NCBI RefSeq assembly: GCF_037042905.1
Contig: NC_087245.1
Coordinates: forward strand, 12,154,001 to 12,218,000
DNA from: Lytechinus pictus
Taxonomy: Eukaryota
DNA: 64,000 bases
Reading direction: 5' to 3'
Positions 52,414 through 64,000 of this stretch are shown piece after piece. Positions within the stretch are counted from its first letter, which is position 1. Each line of letters opens with the position of its first letter. Below the pieces are notes generated by a model that was not told the origin of the DNA, searched no databases, and worked only from the letters and a program-made list of their open reading frames with translations. A program made the position numbers and the translations under genes.

Positions 52414-54167
52414 TATATATATATATATATCATTGAATCATAATCATTGAATTATGTACAATCTTGCAATTGATGCCTTTTGTTTTTGTGAATACTCCTG
52501 ATTATTCTATATTTTCTCTCAATTGTAAAATCCCGTGGTTTTTAATATATTCAAGTAACATGTCGCGAACAAGGCTAGCGAGCAAGCAGTTTGGGAAAAT
52601 TTGGAAACTTGTAAAAGTCGTAAAACTTGCTTTGTGGTCTATCCTGGCGATTTCAGCTCTGATTTTTTGTTGTTGTTGTATTGTATCAAACAGGTATATT
52701 ACCATCTAACAATTGACATTGGGGAGTTCTCTGTGTGATTTGATCATACTGATTAGTTACGCAATGAGGACTACGTTTTTAGAGGGATTGAGTTTAGCAA
52801 AATAAATCGGACCTCCATTTGTTTACAGATTTTGCTAGTAAACAATCGAATTATTCAAGGGAGTTCGATGAAAATTAAAAGGTTGAGAAATAAGATACAA
52901 CGATTCAACGAAACAAAAAAATATTGTCATGATTTTTTTTTCTAGTGGGGGAGGCTTACCCCTGCTAATGTACTTCGTTAGCTTTGATTATATTTAAATA
53001 TTCATTAGTAAGATTGCATTACGCTAAATTCAAAGCAAAGAAAGCAGTGACTCTAAAGTATTTTTACAAATTTGAAAATACATTTTTAATATTTATTTAA
53101 ATTTGTCATTTATCGAATACCATTTTTTTTTAATTAAATTATCTTTAAAGAAAGAAATACTAATAATAGAACTACAAACCTACCACTCTTAGAAATTGTG
53201 AATAATCTAATATTGGTGGTCGTATTCAATGAATCGGGCAAGTATCAAACGAAAATTGCTTTCACATATACAGTAGATTATCTGCGATTTACACAGTCCC
53301 GGACACGTCTAACAAATCTTACACCCTAAATTCATCCATGGATAACATTGGATTTTCTTTCTCTTATTACATTTTTTTCTCGCAGTCCATATTGGTATTT
53401 GTATATTACAGAGCAGTTCCAGGTCCGTTGATTTCAATTCCATTAAGTTTTCCCGATGAGCTTAAGACGAGATCTACAGGGATTATTGGACCCCACATAT
53501 TTTCGTACGTGCCCCTCCAGTGCTTAATTTTCAATTCTTCTTCATGCATAGGAATAGTTACTTGCTTATCCCAAACTTTTAGATTAAGACCAACCACGAG
53601 ATCACCTTTAATTTTCTTTAGTTTACGAGACACGTGACGTCTTCATCACGTTCTTCTTAGCTCTTATGAATTATTCATGAGTTAAAATATGTTTCTGCTA
53701 CAAGGATGTCTAGTCTTGTTAAAATATGTTAGTATACATGCAATAACTGTTGATCTAGTAAAATTATTTGTGATTACATTTTTGTCTTGTTTGGCACTGT
53801 CTATGTTTTAATTATCCTAACAGGATGTCGATATTTTCCATTGAACGGGTTTCAAGTTTGTAATGTGTGTTCCCAATAGACAAGGGGAATGTGTTGACAG
53901 TCGGACCGTCTCAGTCGGCTCAAGCACTCCGTGCCCTCATTCAGCACAGTATTTCGATGCCTGATTCTGATTGGCGGATTTTCTTGATCACGTGATGTCA
54001 CTGTCCACGATGAGATCGTCAGAAATTGCGTTGGGATACCGTGTTTTCACATTTTCAATAATCTCGAAGAAAACAATTCCTGATTCTGTCCGTATCGGAA
54101 AACGGGCTAGTATGGGTCTTTTATTATTATTATAATTTTTTTTTAAAGATTTGTTCTTGTTCTACTG

Positions 54168-54230
54168 GTGTGTTAGCTGAATTAGTAGAGCGTCCGTCTC
54201 TTAACCAGGAGGTCGGTAGTTCAAGCTCAA
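54168..54230 (+). mobile_element. Degenerate tRNA-derived SINE head
   Basis: A-box-like tagctgaattagtagagcg and B-box-like agttcaagc with tRNA-like spacing; no intact cloverleaf. Confidence 0.5.
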
Positions 54231-55224
54231 GTTCCTGCTACACTGTTGGCGTTCAAATATTTAAGGGATAGAGCAACGTCGATCTGGCGCTGAATTGTGG
54301 CTGCCGGGCCCACAGTCTATTCGGCAAAATTAATTTTCGGAGTAATTCAGATTTCTATTTCGAACAATAAAATATGGATTTTCATTTGTTGTTGTCAACA
54401 TCATCGTTACAGTCATCATCATCATTTACAACAACATCATCAACAACATTACGACAATTGTTATTGCTCTCCTTATTTGGTCAATAAACAATAAGTATAG
54501 AAAATAGAAATTCAGCAAGGTATCAGAGAAGAATAATTGGAATTTCAGTATTGGAATGGATAAAGGCGAGTAATCCCATAGAAAAAATCATGAAAGGTTA
54601 GACAGTTTAACAATGGAAGGGTGTTTCATAAATAAATTCTTAAAGATTATCCATGAATTTATATTTGAGTGAACTAGGTTGCTCAATTATATTCAATCAA
54701 AGCAGTCGAAGTTACACAATGATGACGATTAACGTTGACAATATGAACATTAAATTACAGTGTATTACCATAATTTAAACATATCAAGTGACATAATAAC
54801 AAAAATCAAACTGTTTTAAAAGCAAGAAAAGAAGATTTGACTCCCATTTCGTACCTACATATTCCAACCTATTAGTGATACAGAGGATGTATTGGCCTAC
54901 AATGTTATATGTGTAGAGAAACTAAATTGTTTTTTTTTTAGGAAAGGTACCTGCCTTGCTACTTTGTAACATAATTTTGGGGAAATCAGGTATTATTGAG
55001 TAGTGAATTGGTGTGTTATCATTAAAATGGGCTTATATCACATGGCTACTACACAAAATGTTGCATTATAATAATACATAAGACTTGTATAGCGCACTTT
55101 CCATCTTGATTAGATGCCCAAGGTGCTTCAGAGCATGAGATAAAGAGAAAGAGGGAGAGAGAGAAAAAATATATAATACATGTTTGAACAATAAACCGGG
55201 ACAATAAGTCGATACCTGTCAAGC

Positions 55225-55840
55225 AGACACCGTTCTCATTATACTATCCAATACTAGTTTACTGAAAATCGGTTCAGGAAACTAGTTTGGAAGATGCTAG
55301 CATTCCCATTTGATCACCCGAAAGTGTTTTCAAAACCACTTCACATAAAGCGGTCTTGTTGCTATGGGAACACTCTCAGTGGGGCAACATGTTTCGCGCG
55401 AAATTTGAAACGGCAGCGTAGGCATTCCACATACACAGTGTGTGGATTAGCGCGCTCGAAATGTGCGAAGATCGCTTCCCGTAGAACGGTTGTGTCCTCA
55501 CTTACGCAAAGAACAAAGAACGAAGTTATTGAATTTTAAAGTTTAGCAATATTTTGTGAAAACAGTTATATGCACGTCGCCATGAATATTCATTAGGTGG
55601 GCTGATGATGTCACATCCCCACTTTCCTCTTTTATGTTATTACATGAAATCATAATTGTTTTATTTTTCAAACATGACTTTGTGTAAATGATGTGTCTCT
55701 ATTATGATGAAATAATAAAAAAATAGTTGATTTCTGAACCGGTTTGGAAGATCGCTTCCAAGACCGCTTCGACCGTTCTCATTACACGTTAAACTAATTT
55801 CCAGTAAACTAGTTTTCCGACAGTAGCGAGAACGGTGTCT
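55225..55840. mobile_element. TIR element containing an internal fragment of the Kolobok-like MITE
   Basis: agacaccgttctc / gagaacggtgtct plus inverted actagtttactg; 55520-55720 matches 27980-28145. Confidence 0.65.
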
Positions 55841-55899
55841 TATTTATACAGGTATGTTTTCAGGTTTACCCTAAAGGTGGTCACTGAAGTTTGGGTTTT

Positions 55900-57830
55900 C
55901 AAACACTGTGGAAGAGAATTACACAGCTTAGGCCCTGCATGAGCGAAGGCCCGTTCCCCCATGATTTCTTAGAAACTGGAATTCATAAGAGATGAGATGA
56001 TGAGGATCGAAAGGAGGGTTGGTAGGGTTGGATCGAAAGGAGGGTTGGTAGTTATGTATGAAAGACTTATTGTAACTGGAAGAAAGAACATTGAATATGT
56101 GAAAGATAACAAGAAGGATTTTAAATAATGTGCGTTTCTTCAGGAGCAACCAGTAAAGACTTTTCAAGTATACGGCTGATGTGAGTTGGTCTAATGCCAA
56201 TTCGTCCAAAACCCAACTCGTCTGCTATCATTTGGTCTACCGTCAATTTGTCCACTATCCACATAGTCGAATTGCCATTTCGTCCACTCATCATTTCGTC
56301 TAATAACCACTTGGTCCAATAGCCAATTAGTCCATATACCACTTCGTCAATTGGACTAAGTGTTAATTTGGCGAAATGAATGAAAATAAAATGGATATTA
56401 GACCAACTGGTTAAGAGACGAATGGTCATAAAGACGAACTGGTGATCAGACGAAGTGATGATTGGACCAAATGGTTGTTAGACGAAATGTTGATTAAATG
56501 AAGGCAGACCATGTGATTAGTGGACGAGTTGGCAATAGACGAAGTTACAATAGTTACAATACGCGTAGCTGCATTTTGCAACTTCTGCAATTTCCCAAGT
56601 TGAGATCTTGTCAGTTGTAAAGAAGGCTATTACCAAAATCGAGTCGTGAAAAAATGAGTGAATGTTCCAGTTTGTCTGTTGCTGAGCGAGTGAGATATTT
56701 TCTTATAAAGCCATTTGTTGCGCAATTGATAACGAACTGATCTGCAAATGCTTGTAATCTGATTGTACATGAACATGTGGGAATCAAAAAACAACTCCAA
56801 GATTGCGACATGATTTTGACAAGAGGCTGAGATAGAAATGGAATCAATGTCGGGTTTGTTGAGACTTTCAGCCCAAAACTAAAGAATAACATTTGCTATG
56901 GTTCCAAAGTAACGTGTTTGACTTCAACCAAGTGTCAATGTCCATTATGTAACTTTCAAGATTAATCAGGGCTTGTGTGGCACTAGTTTGATTTGGTAAA
57001 AATGAAACAAAAATCTAAATACCATCTGCATATAAATGAGAGTGAACAGAGTGACGTTGAAAAATATCTTGAAGCGCTGTTTAAATGGGAAAAAAGTGGG
57101 CCTCCAACGGAGCCCTGGGGACACCGCAGACAAATGACCTAGATGAAGAGGTAACACCATTTAGGAGGACTGTACTGTGAATGGAATGAAAGATAAGATT
57201 TCAGCCATTGTAAGGCCTTGCCCTGAACACCTAAACTAGTTAGAATGTTGATAAGGTGTGGTCTACGGTGTCAAACGCAGCCAGATCTAGGACTGGAGTA
57301 CCATTGCTGTGACTGATCCACTGTCCATTTTCTGTTAAATCTAGAAACATTAGTGAGGAGTGTCTCGACACTGTGATGAGGTCGGTAGGCAGACTAAAAC
57401 GGGTCAAATAAATCATGTTCTAACAAATAATATGTGAGTCTTAAAAAGACAACCCTTTCAAGAACCATAAACAGAAAAGGAAGATTACTAACTGGTCGGT
57501 GAATTGTCAGTGATGCACAATCTAAAGATGTTTTTTTCTCAATAAAGGACGAATAAGTGCCGTTTTCAAAGCTAATGGGACAGTGGCCTCATCTATGCTT
57601 CTGTTTTCTATATCTTAAATAATTGGAGCGAAAATAGAAGTAAAAGAATTGTAGGGATTGGATCTTGTGGATTTTGTGTCCGTCGGCCAGTGCGACAAGG
57701 CCTTGAGAAGTTAGCCATGGTCTCGGTAACTGCAACGATATCAAACCCGTTGTCAGAAACAAAATCTTGAAAATAGTCGACTTATTCCAAAGTGAGCGCG
57801 CATTCATTGAACAACATTTAAGATAATTAT
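55900..57830 (-). mobile_element. Heavily degraded L2-clade LINE interrupted by a short-subunit repeat (about 56170-56565)
   Basis: Minus-strand remnants LYWLLLKKRTLFKILL, SRLDFGNSLL, DLAAFDTVDH, MNARSLWNKS. Confidence 0.7.
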
Positions 57831-57899
57831 TAGGTAATTTCTCACAGCTTCTGGTACCCCTATTATACCTAAGGACACAATCCTCATCCAAGCATTTGT

Positions 57900-58545
57900 G
57901 TTTTCTCCACGCCATTTCTCATATTCAGATTGTACAGGCACTCTGTTCCCATTATTGTTTATAGACTTACAACTGAGCAATTGCCTCACTCAGTGTATGA
58001 GTATTATAACTTCTTTGAGAATCAATATAGTACAAAACAAAAACAATCAGCTCTACTCTTACCAAGGGTGAGGACAGAACATGGCAAAACTTCAATCTCA
58101 TTTATGGGTTCACAAATCTGGAATAGCATTCCTGATGAAGTAAAACGGCTTAAATCTGTAAATTCCTTCCGCAGAGCACTTAAAACATTTTTATACAAGA
58201 ATATTCATGAGTTCCTCAATCATTTGTTAATATTGTTTATATGTTTTAATTCATTAGTATGCAATACTTGCTTTTACCCTATTGTGCTAGACCTATTCAT
58301 TTGTTTTATACACTAGATATGTTAATTGCCGAAGAGCATGATTTGTTAACTTACTATTTAAACGTTATTTCATGCTATTAATTATGAGTATGTATATTGT
58401 AGGATAGGGGCTCCACGTCCCACTAGCAGTACTTGCTATTTCTGTGGAGTCCTTTTACAAATGAAGTTTATATGACAATTTACCCTGTATCAATGTATTT
58501 TGACATTATTTGGTAATAAATTCAGTACAATTCAGTTCACTTCAT
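57900..58545 (+). mobile_element. 3' fragment of an L2/Crack-like LINE
   Basis: LPRVRTEHGKTSISFMGSQIWNSIP; 3' UTR ends aataaa followed by short ttcag repeats. Confidence 0.75.
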
Positions 58546-59204
58546 AGAATTACATGAGTGAAAAAATCAATTTGTATATCGAAATCTTACAACATCTCAA
58601 GTGATAGAGGTAAACTCACCAGAAGGGCATGGATTCGAATTGAAGTCCCCACAAATAAGCAAGTTAACACGATGAGTTGATTTAGAATTGGAGTAGTAGA
58701 GTATGGGACTACCAAAGTACTTTCCCTTTAAACATAGCTGCTTTGCTGCTGAGCCAAGTAGCTGACTCCCATACAACAATGAGAGTATAATAGATATAGT
58801 GCTATAAATGACTTTTGTATAAAAAAAAAAAAGTAAAAAAAAAAAAAAAGTAAAAAAAAATTGAAGGGAAGAGGTGATCTACCTGTCCAATGAAGTTCAA
58901 GAGTCTCAATAATTGTGATAAATACCAAGCATTGAAATTCTTGAAGCGTGTTGAATGATTTTGCTTAGAGGAACGTTTTTATGTAAAAATATTTCTGAAA
59001 TGTAACAATCTCTGAATGGTGAATTGAAGTATTGTGGGTTCACTATAGTCATTGGGCAAGCGGCACCGTCGCACTGCCGGGGTTTAGAAGTGGATCATAA
59101 CGGCTAGATTGGTGAGTGGATGAAGGATCAACTTCAAGTCGGTAGGCTTCAAATAAGGGCAGATTAGGCAGCTTTATATTGTATTTGTCTTTATTGACTC
59201 TGTG

Positions 59205-59765
59205 TGTCAAGTGTGTGGGTGAGCGTGTTAAATGTGCGGGGTAGTCTGGGTGGGTTGTAAGGTGAGTGTGTGTTAGTGTGCGGGTTAGTCTGGATGAGTT
59301 GTAAGATGTGTGATAATTGTGCGATTTAGTGTTGGTGGGTTGTGTGGTGAGTGTGTTTTAAGTGTGTGGGTTAGTCTAGGTGGGTTGTAAGGTGAGTGTG
59401 TTTTATGTGCGTGGGTTAGTCTAGGTGGGTTGTAAGGTGACTGTGTGTTAGTCTAGGTGAGTTGTAAGGTGAGTGTGTGTTACGTGTGCAGGTTGGTCTA
59501 TGTGGGTTTTGTGGTGAGTGTGTGTAAGGTTTGTGGGTTGGTCTAGGTGGGTTGTAAGGTGAGTGTGTGTTAAGTGTGCAAGTTGGTCTAGGTGGGTTTT
59601 GTGGTGAGGTGGGTTGTAAGGTGAGTGTGTGTTAAATTTGCGGGTTGGTCTAGGTGGGTTGTAAGGTGAGTGAGCGTTAAGTGTGTGGGTTAGTCTAGGT
59701 GTGTTGTAAGGTGAGTGTGTGTTAAGTGTGCGAGTTGGTCTGGGTGAGTTGTAAGGTGAATGTGC
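59205..59765. repeat. G/T-rich minisatellite, ~45-bp unit, about 12 copies
   Basis: Consensus about gtgagtgtgtgttaagtgtgcgggttggtctaggtgggttgtaag (unit starts at 59666, 59711, 59756). Confidence 0.9.
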
Positions 59766-60339
59766 GACATGTTGGAGTGTTTGATTATATGTAAAAAAAA
59801 TATTTTATTTAAAAAATAACAAATATTAAAGGCCTAATCATTTCATATTCATCCAAAATAAGCTTAAATCTTCACACCCTCCCCCCCCCCCTCGATCGCT
59901 CTGTCTCTCTATCTCTCTGTCACTTTCGCACGTACATGTTGTTTTTCATACAACACACACACACACAGCTCCCCTCTATCTTCACCCTTTTTTCACTTTC
60001 TCCCCGCTCACACACATACACACCCTCACACCCACTTACACCCAGACGCACATTCGCACTCTCTCCCTATCTCTATTTCGTTTTGTCTTCCTAATTTATT
60101 TGGTCATTATTGTTTATTAATTGATTTATTAATATTTTTTTATCTTCCTAATTCATTTAGCCATTCAATTGTTTGTTCATTGATTTACTAATATTTATTT
60201 TATTTCTTCATTTATTCAAATACATTTATACAGGATAAAAACTATCAGTACTCAGGCTGTAAGACGACCATATATTGTTGAATAAACTTTGTAATGGAGT
60301 AAGGAGTCTTCACTTCGACTGGTTTAGGAGTTATTTATT

Positions 60340-60930
60340 TAACATGAAACAATATGTGGTGGTCAATGGTGTCAAATCCCGCCTAATCTAAACCCCTTAA
60401 AATTTGGGAATTAAAGAGAGTTGAAAATATCAAAATTCTTGGAGTTTCACTTAACGAGTTCCTTTCTTGGAAACTTTATATTAGTAAAGTCTGTTTAAAC
60501 AATATCTAGAGGTAATGGTATTTTGTGTAGATTAAAACATTTCCTACCACAGAATATTCTTCTCACTGCATATAACAGTATAATATTACCTCATCTGACT
60601 TATTGTTATACTGCATGTGGACATAATTTTTAAAGTCATTTAAAACAATTAGAAACCCTCCAAGAATGAATAAATAGAACATTAACGTGTTTTTTCCTTT
60701 TATGGACACACCAAACCTCTATTTCACAAACTCAGGATGTTGCCATTGAAATCACTCATTTCATTTTGTACATCAATTTTATAAATTATCATGGTCTATT
60801 ACCTAAAAAAAAATAAAATTCTGATTTACATTCTTATCACACCTGTCAGAGTTTTAAATTTCACAATTCAAAGCTGCACACCGCCATCGTTTAACACTCT
60901 ATTCACTTCAATGCTATTGGAATGCGATTT
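60340..60930 (+). mobile_element. Very degraded LINE RT 3' remnant
   Basis: RVENIKILGV, LCRLKHFLPQNILLTAYNSIILPHLTYC, HTKPLFHKL. Confidence 0.65.
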
Positions 60931-62709
60931 CAATGTCATAAATGAAATGAATGAAAAAAATTAGATGTTTTACTTTGCAGACCTTGACATACTACAATGA
61001 AGTAAAAAAAATCTCAATTACAAACATGTGCAGAAATAATTTTCAATCGGCAAGTTAGAAAGAATGAAAAAATGTTAGATGAAGAATGCAAAACAATAAA
61101 TAAATTAATTAAGAAAGGTATGAATTGGACGCCCTATCGTAATAAGAAACTGTCACCAACGAAGATTTATCTGATGCACTGAAGTCTAATTTAAAGTGCA
61201 CTTTTAGAGCTTTCCCTCAAGAAGAATGGACCGGTTTATTGGCATCTAACCTGTTAATATAAAAGGTATTCTAACTGTAACAATTTCAATGAACCCATGC
61301 GAACATTGACAATTCCTTTTAGTGAGGGATGATCATGACGAGACCGTAAACATCGTACTCGCTTTTCTTTTTTTTCCTTTCCAATCCCTTCTCTCCCCCT
61401 CCCTCCCTCTTCTCTCCTATCACTCTCTCTATCTCTCTCTCTCTCTATCTTCTGCCTACCTCCATGCTCTCAAAGCATATTGGTTCAATTATAGATGTAT
61501 TTTCTTACACTCAGTATAACGTCAAAATAACGATAGGAAGGCGTGACATACATGAACAAATCACGAGGCATAATAGACCACGTGATTGATTACGTAGGCG
61601 ATCAGCTCAACTAGTGTGTCGCCAAAGACGACATAAACGCATTGATGTTTGCCTGAAGATAAGAGGATACCAATGCAAAGTTTGTGTGTGTGCGCCATAG
61701 TTTAACATGGTCCAATGTTTTGCTCTCTGGATGTGCGTACGCTCGCGCGAGGGTGCGTGCGTAATGTGTGGGTGATATCCTATGGCGTACTGTAGGACCT
61801 ATATGAGTAACGAACGGAGACGAGGGAAAAAAGGTGCAACGTGCTCTTCACTTATAATTAATCGTCGGAGAGCAACTAGAACTTTTTTTTATCCACACAG
61901 GGTTTTTGTTATTCCCTACCTTTTTTTCCTTCTCGAGGCGTCACTTTAGAGGTACACGTGCATAAGCTAACACGTGGCCACCAAAAATTCAAATTGGCTC
62001 CTCCATTTCACTTGGGGATTCAAGCTTATTGGATACCACTGTCGATATGAAAAAGCCATACAATGCTGCCCTTCTATTTCTAACACTATCAAAAATGGAC
62101 TATTGCATCCTTAAAACAGTCGGTGGGTTAAACCTTCGGAGATATCGAGCAAGCTTGATATCTTTTGCTGGGACCCTATTTCTCTATAGTTGAAGAAAGA
62201 TGTTATTAAATCTGGGGGTAGGTGACGGGTAGGTAAGGACAGTTTTCTTCTACCGAATTCACAATTGTTTAGGGGCAGACGCGTGTGACGTTGTGCCTCA
62301 TACGTAGTTCCCGTAAACTTTTTTCTCGGTCTTCAACCAACTTTTAAAACTTCTCTAAATCATTGGGTTTCTATCGGAAACATGAAAAAGTAAGTTGTTT
62401 TTCTATCCATAATTGGTATTGATTCTACGCATTTTTATAACATTTAATGATATATATTAATCTCTAACACAATTATATTTTATTTATACTCAGCTATTCA
62501 ATGTTCTTTATTTGAAAAAAAAAGATATGATTTCGTAAATTTTTTTCATGAAAAGTGCTTCAAAATGTCGATGTAACTCTTAAATTGACTATATAATATT
62601 GATTTACTTCATTAAACACAAAATGCATTATTCAATTATTTTCTTCTATTGATTGTCATATAGGCCTACCTATTTCGAAGTGTCATATTTTCTTTCGTTT
62701 ATTTCAAAG

Positions 62710-62789
62710 GTGTGTAATGATGTTATGATTGACATGTTTTAACCATTTCCTCCTACAAAAACCCATTCAAAGAAACAATAAGGAAAATG
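62710..62789 (+). other. Candidate 5' exon ending in ATG of an unidentified gene
   Basis: Pyrimidine tract + aag acceptor, consensus ATG|gtaagt donor; CpG- and E-box-rich unique DNA upstream at 61540-62230. Confidence 0.25.
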
Positions 62790-64000
62790 GTAAGTGTATG
62801 GATACTGCTTGATTGGATTTTCAACCAGGCAGAAAGATTTATAAATGAATATCGTTAATTAAGAAGTATTTAAATACAGAATGAACGTCTGTTAAATCAA
62901 TATTGCCTTCATCTTATCTTAACTAAAGTCAAACAGCTTTGGTTTGGCCAATTTGTTAGTTAAAAGTTGTTTATTTCAAACTAATTTGGTAAGTCTAGAA
63001 GAATGTTAATATATTTTAACAAAATAACTTCATTCATCGTTCAAAAGGATTCATTATTTTAATTACGTCTTCCAGAATGGCTATTACATCTCAATGAACA
63101 ATGCCTGAAGTGCAAAGGATTCATTAAACAGTTTTTGACGATTTATCAATGTTGTTAATTCCTCGGGGTGATAGGAGAGCTTTAACAAATATTTTTTTAT
63201 AGCTCAATTCAATTCCGTTACCCAATTCCAAGAGGTGATAAAATCCGAGTAGAAATATCTAATACAGATAACGACACATATGACAATGATATATATAAAT
63301 GTTCCCCCTTTTAATACTTTCGGCTACAAAGGAAAATGATGTTTAATTCTATACATTATCTTGTTTCGGTAACTGAAATGAGATTTACCAGATAAGCGTT
63401 AAAAGAACATAAATTCTGATACAGACTAAAGTTATTAAAGTAATTAAATTAATCAAATTAAATTACTAAAGTAATTAAGCTATTAAAGTTATTGAACACT
63501 ACCTGTTATCGTTTTAGCACTAAATGAAATTGCTTACCACAAAAATAGAACTGTCTTGGCATCGAATTGTGCTGTTTTTAAGTCAACCTGTTAAAACTAA
63601 ATGTCAAGCAATTAACTTATTTATCACAATTCTAAAACATACCTTTTTTATGCATCGCAGCAAATTATTACAGAAATCTGTCCCATTGTTATTATCCTTC
63701 TAAAATGGCACAGAAAAGCAGTTGTTTATGAGGAGGTTTCATCTTTGCTTTAAACAATAATCAAATTCTCCTTTTTCATATTCTTCTGATTAGGCTCCAT
63801 ACAATCTCTGAAATGATTTAGAAAAAATTATCACGCACGATTTCTCTATTGTTTTTTGTTAGAATCAGCGATTCAAAGAATTCCGAGACATATTGGATGT
63901 CGATAATTCCATGGGGACTCCATAAATCTTAATTTTGTGACACATAATGTGAGGAAGTTGATGCATAGATCCATAGCGACTGGGCAGTGTTCTCTTGACC

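Noticed and set aside
54168..54240. Functional tRNA gene
   Set aside because: A/B-box-like motifs are present, but the acceptor and T stems do not pair properly; a SINE head fits better.

Overview
AT-rich, intron- and transposon-dominated animal genomic DNA. The repeat landscape resembles an echinoderm (sea urchin); that is an inference, not a database result. Host genes are sparse. There are two 3' coding exons of a histamine N-methyltransferase-like gene (+, 2907-4173) and one clear exon of an SLC17/sialin-like MFS transporter (-, 7823-8048). A candidate first exon of that transporter (28696-28786) looks frameshifted and cut off from upstream DNA by a Tx1 LINE. The rest is mostly mobile DNA: CR1, L2/Crack-like and Tx1/L1 LINE fragments, plus many non-autonomous DNA transposons with readable TIRs and target-site duplications (TSDs), including Kolobok-like TTAA MITEs, hAT-like, CACTG-type and TA-target elements. 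The most notable structures are three. (1) A 1.9-kb non-coding element with 464-bp terminal DIRECT repeats, short GGT..ACC inverted ends and a 4-bp TSD (KolobokP-like, 22703-24628). (2) A four-level nested transposon stack (13845-20766) containing a Mutator-like foldback element whose arms have mirrored an inserted MITE. (3) A ~120-bp periodic repeat carrying the ultra-stable GCGAAGC DNA mini-hairpin. All coordinates and counts were read by eye; no searches were run.
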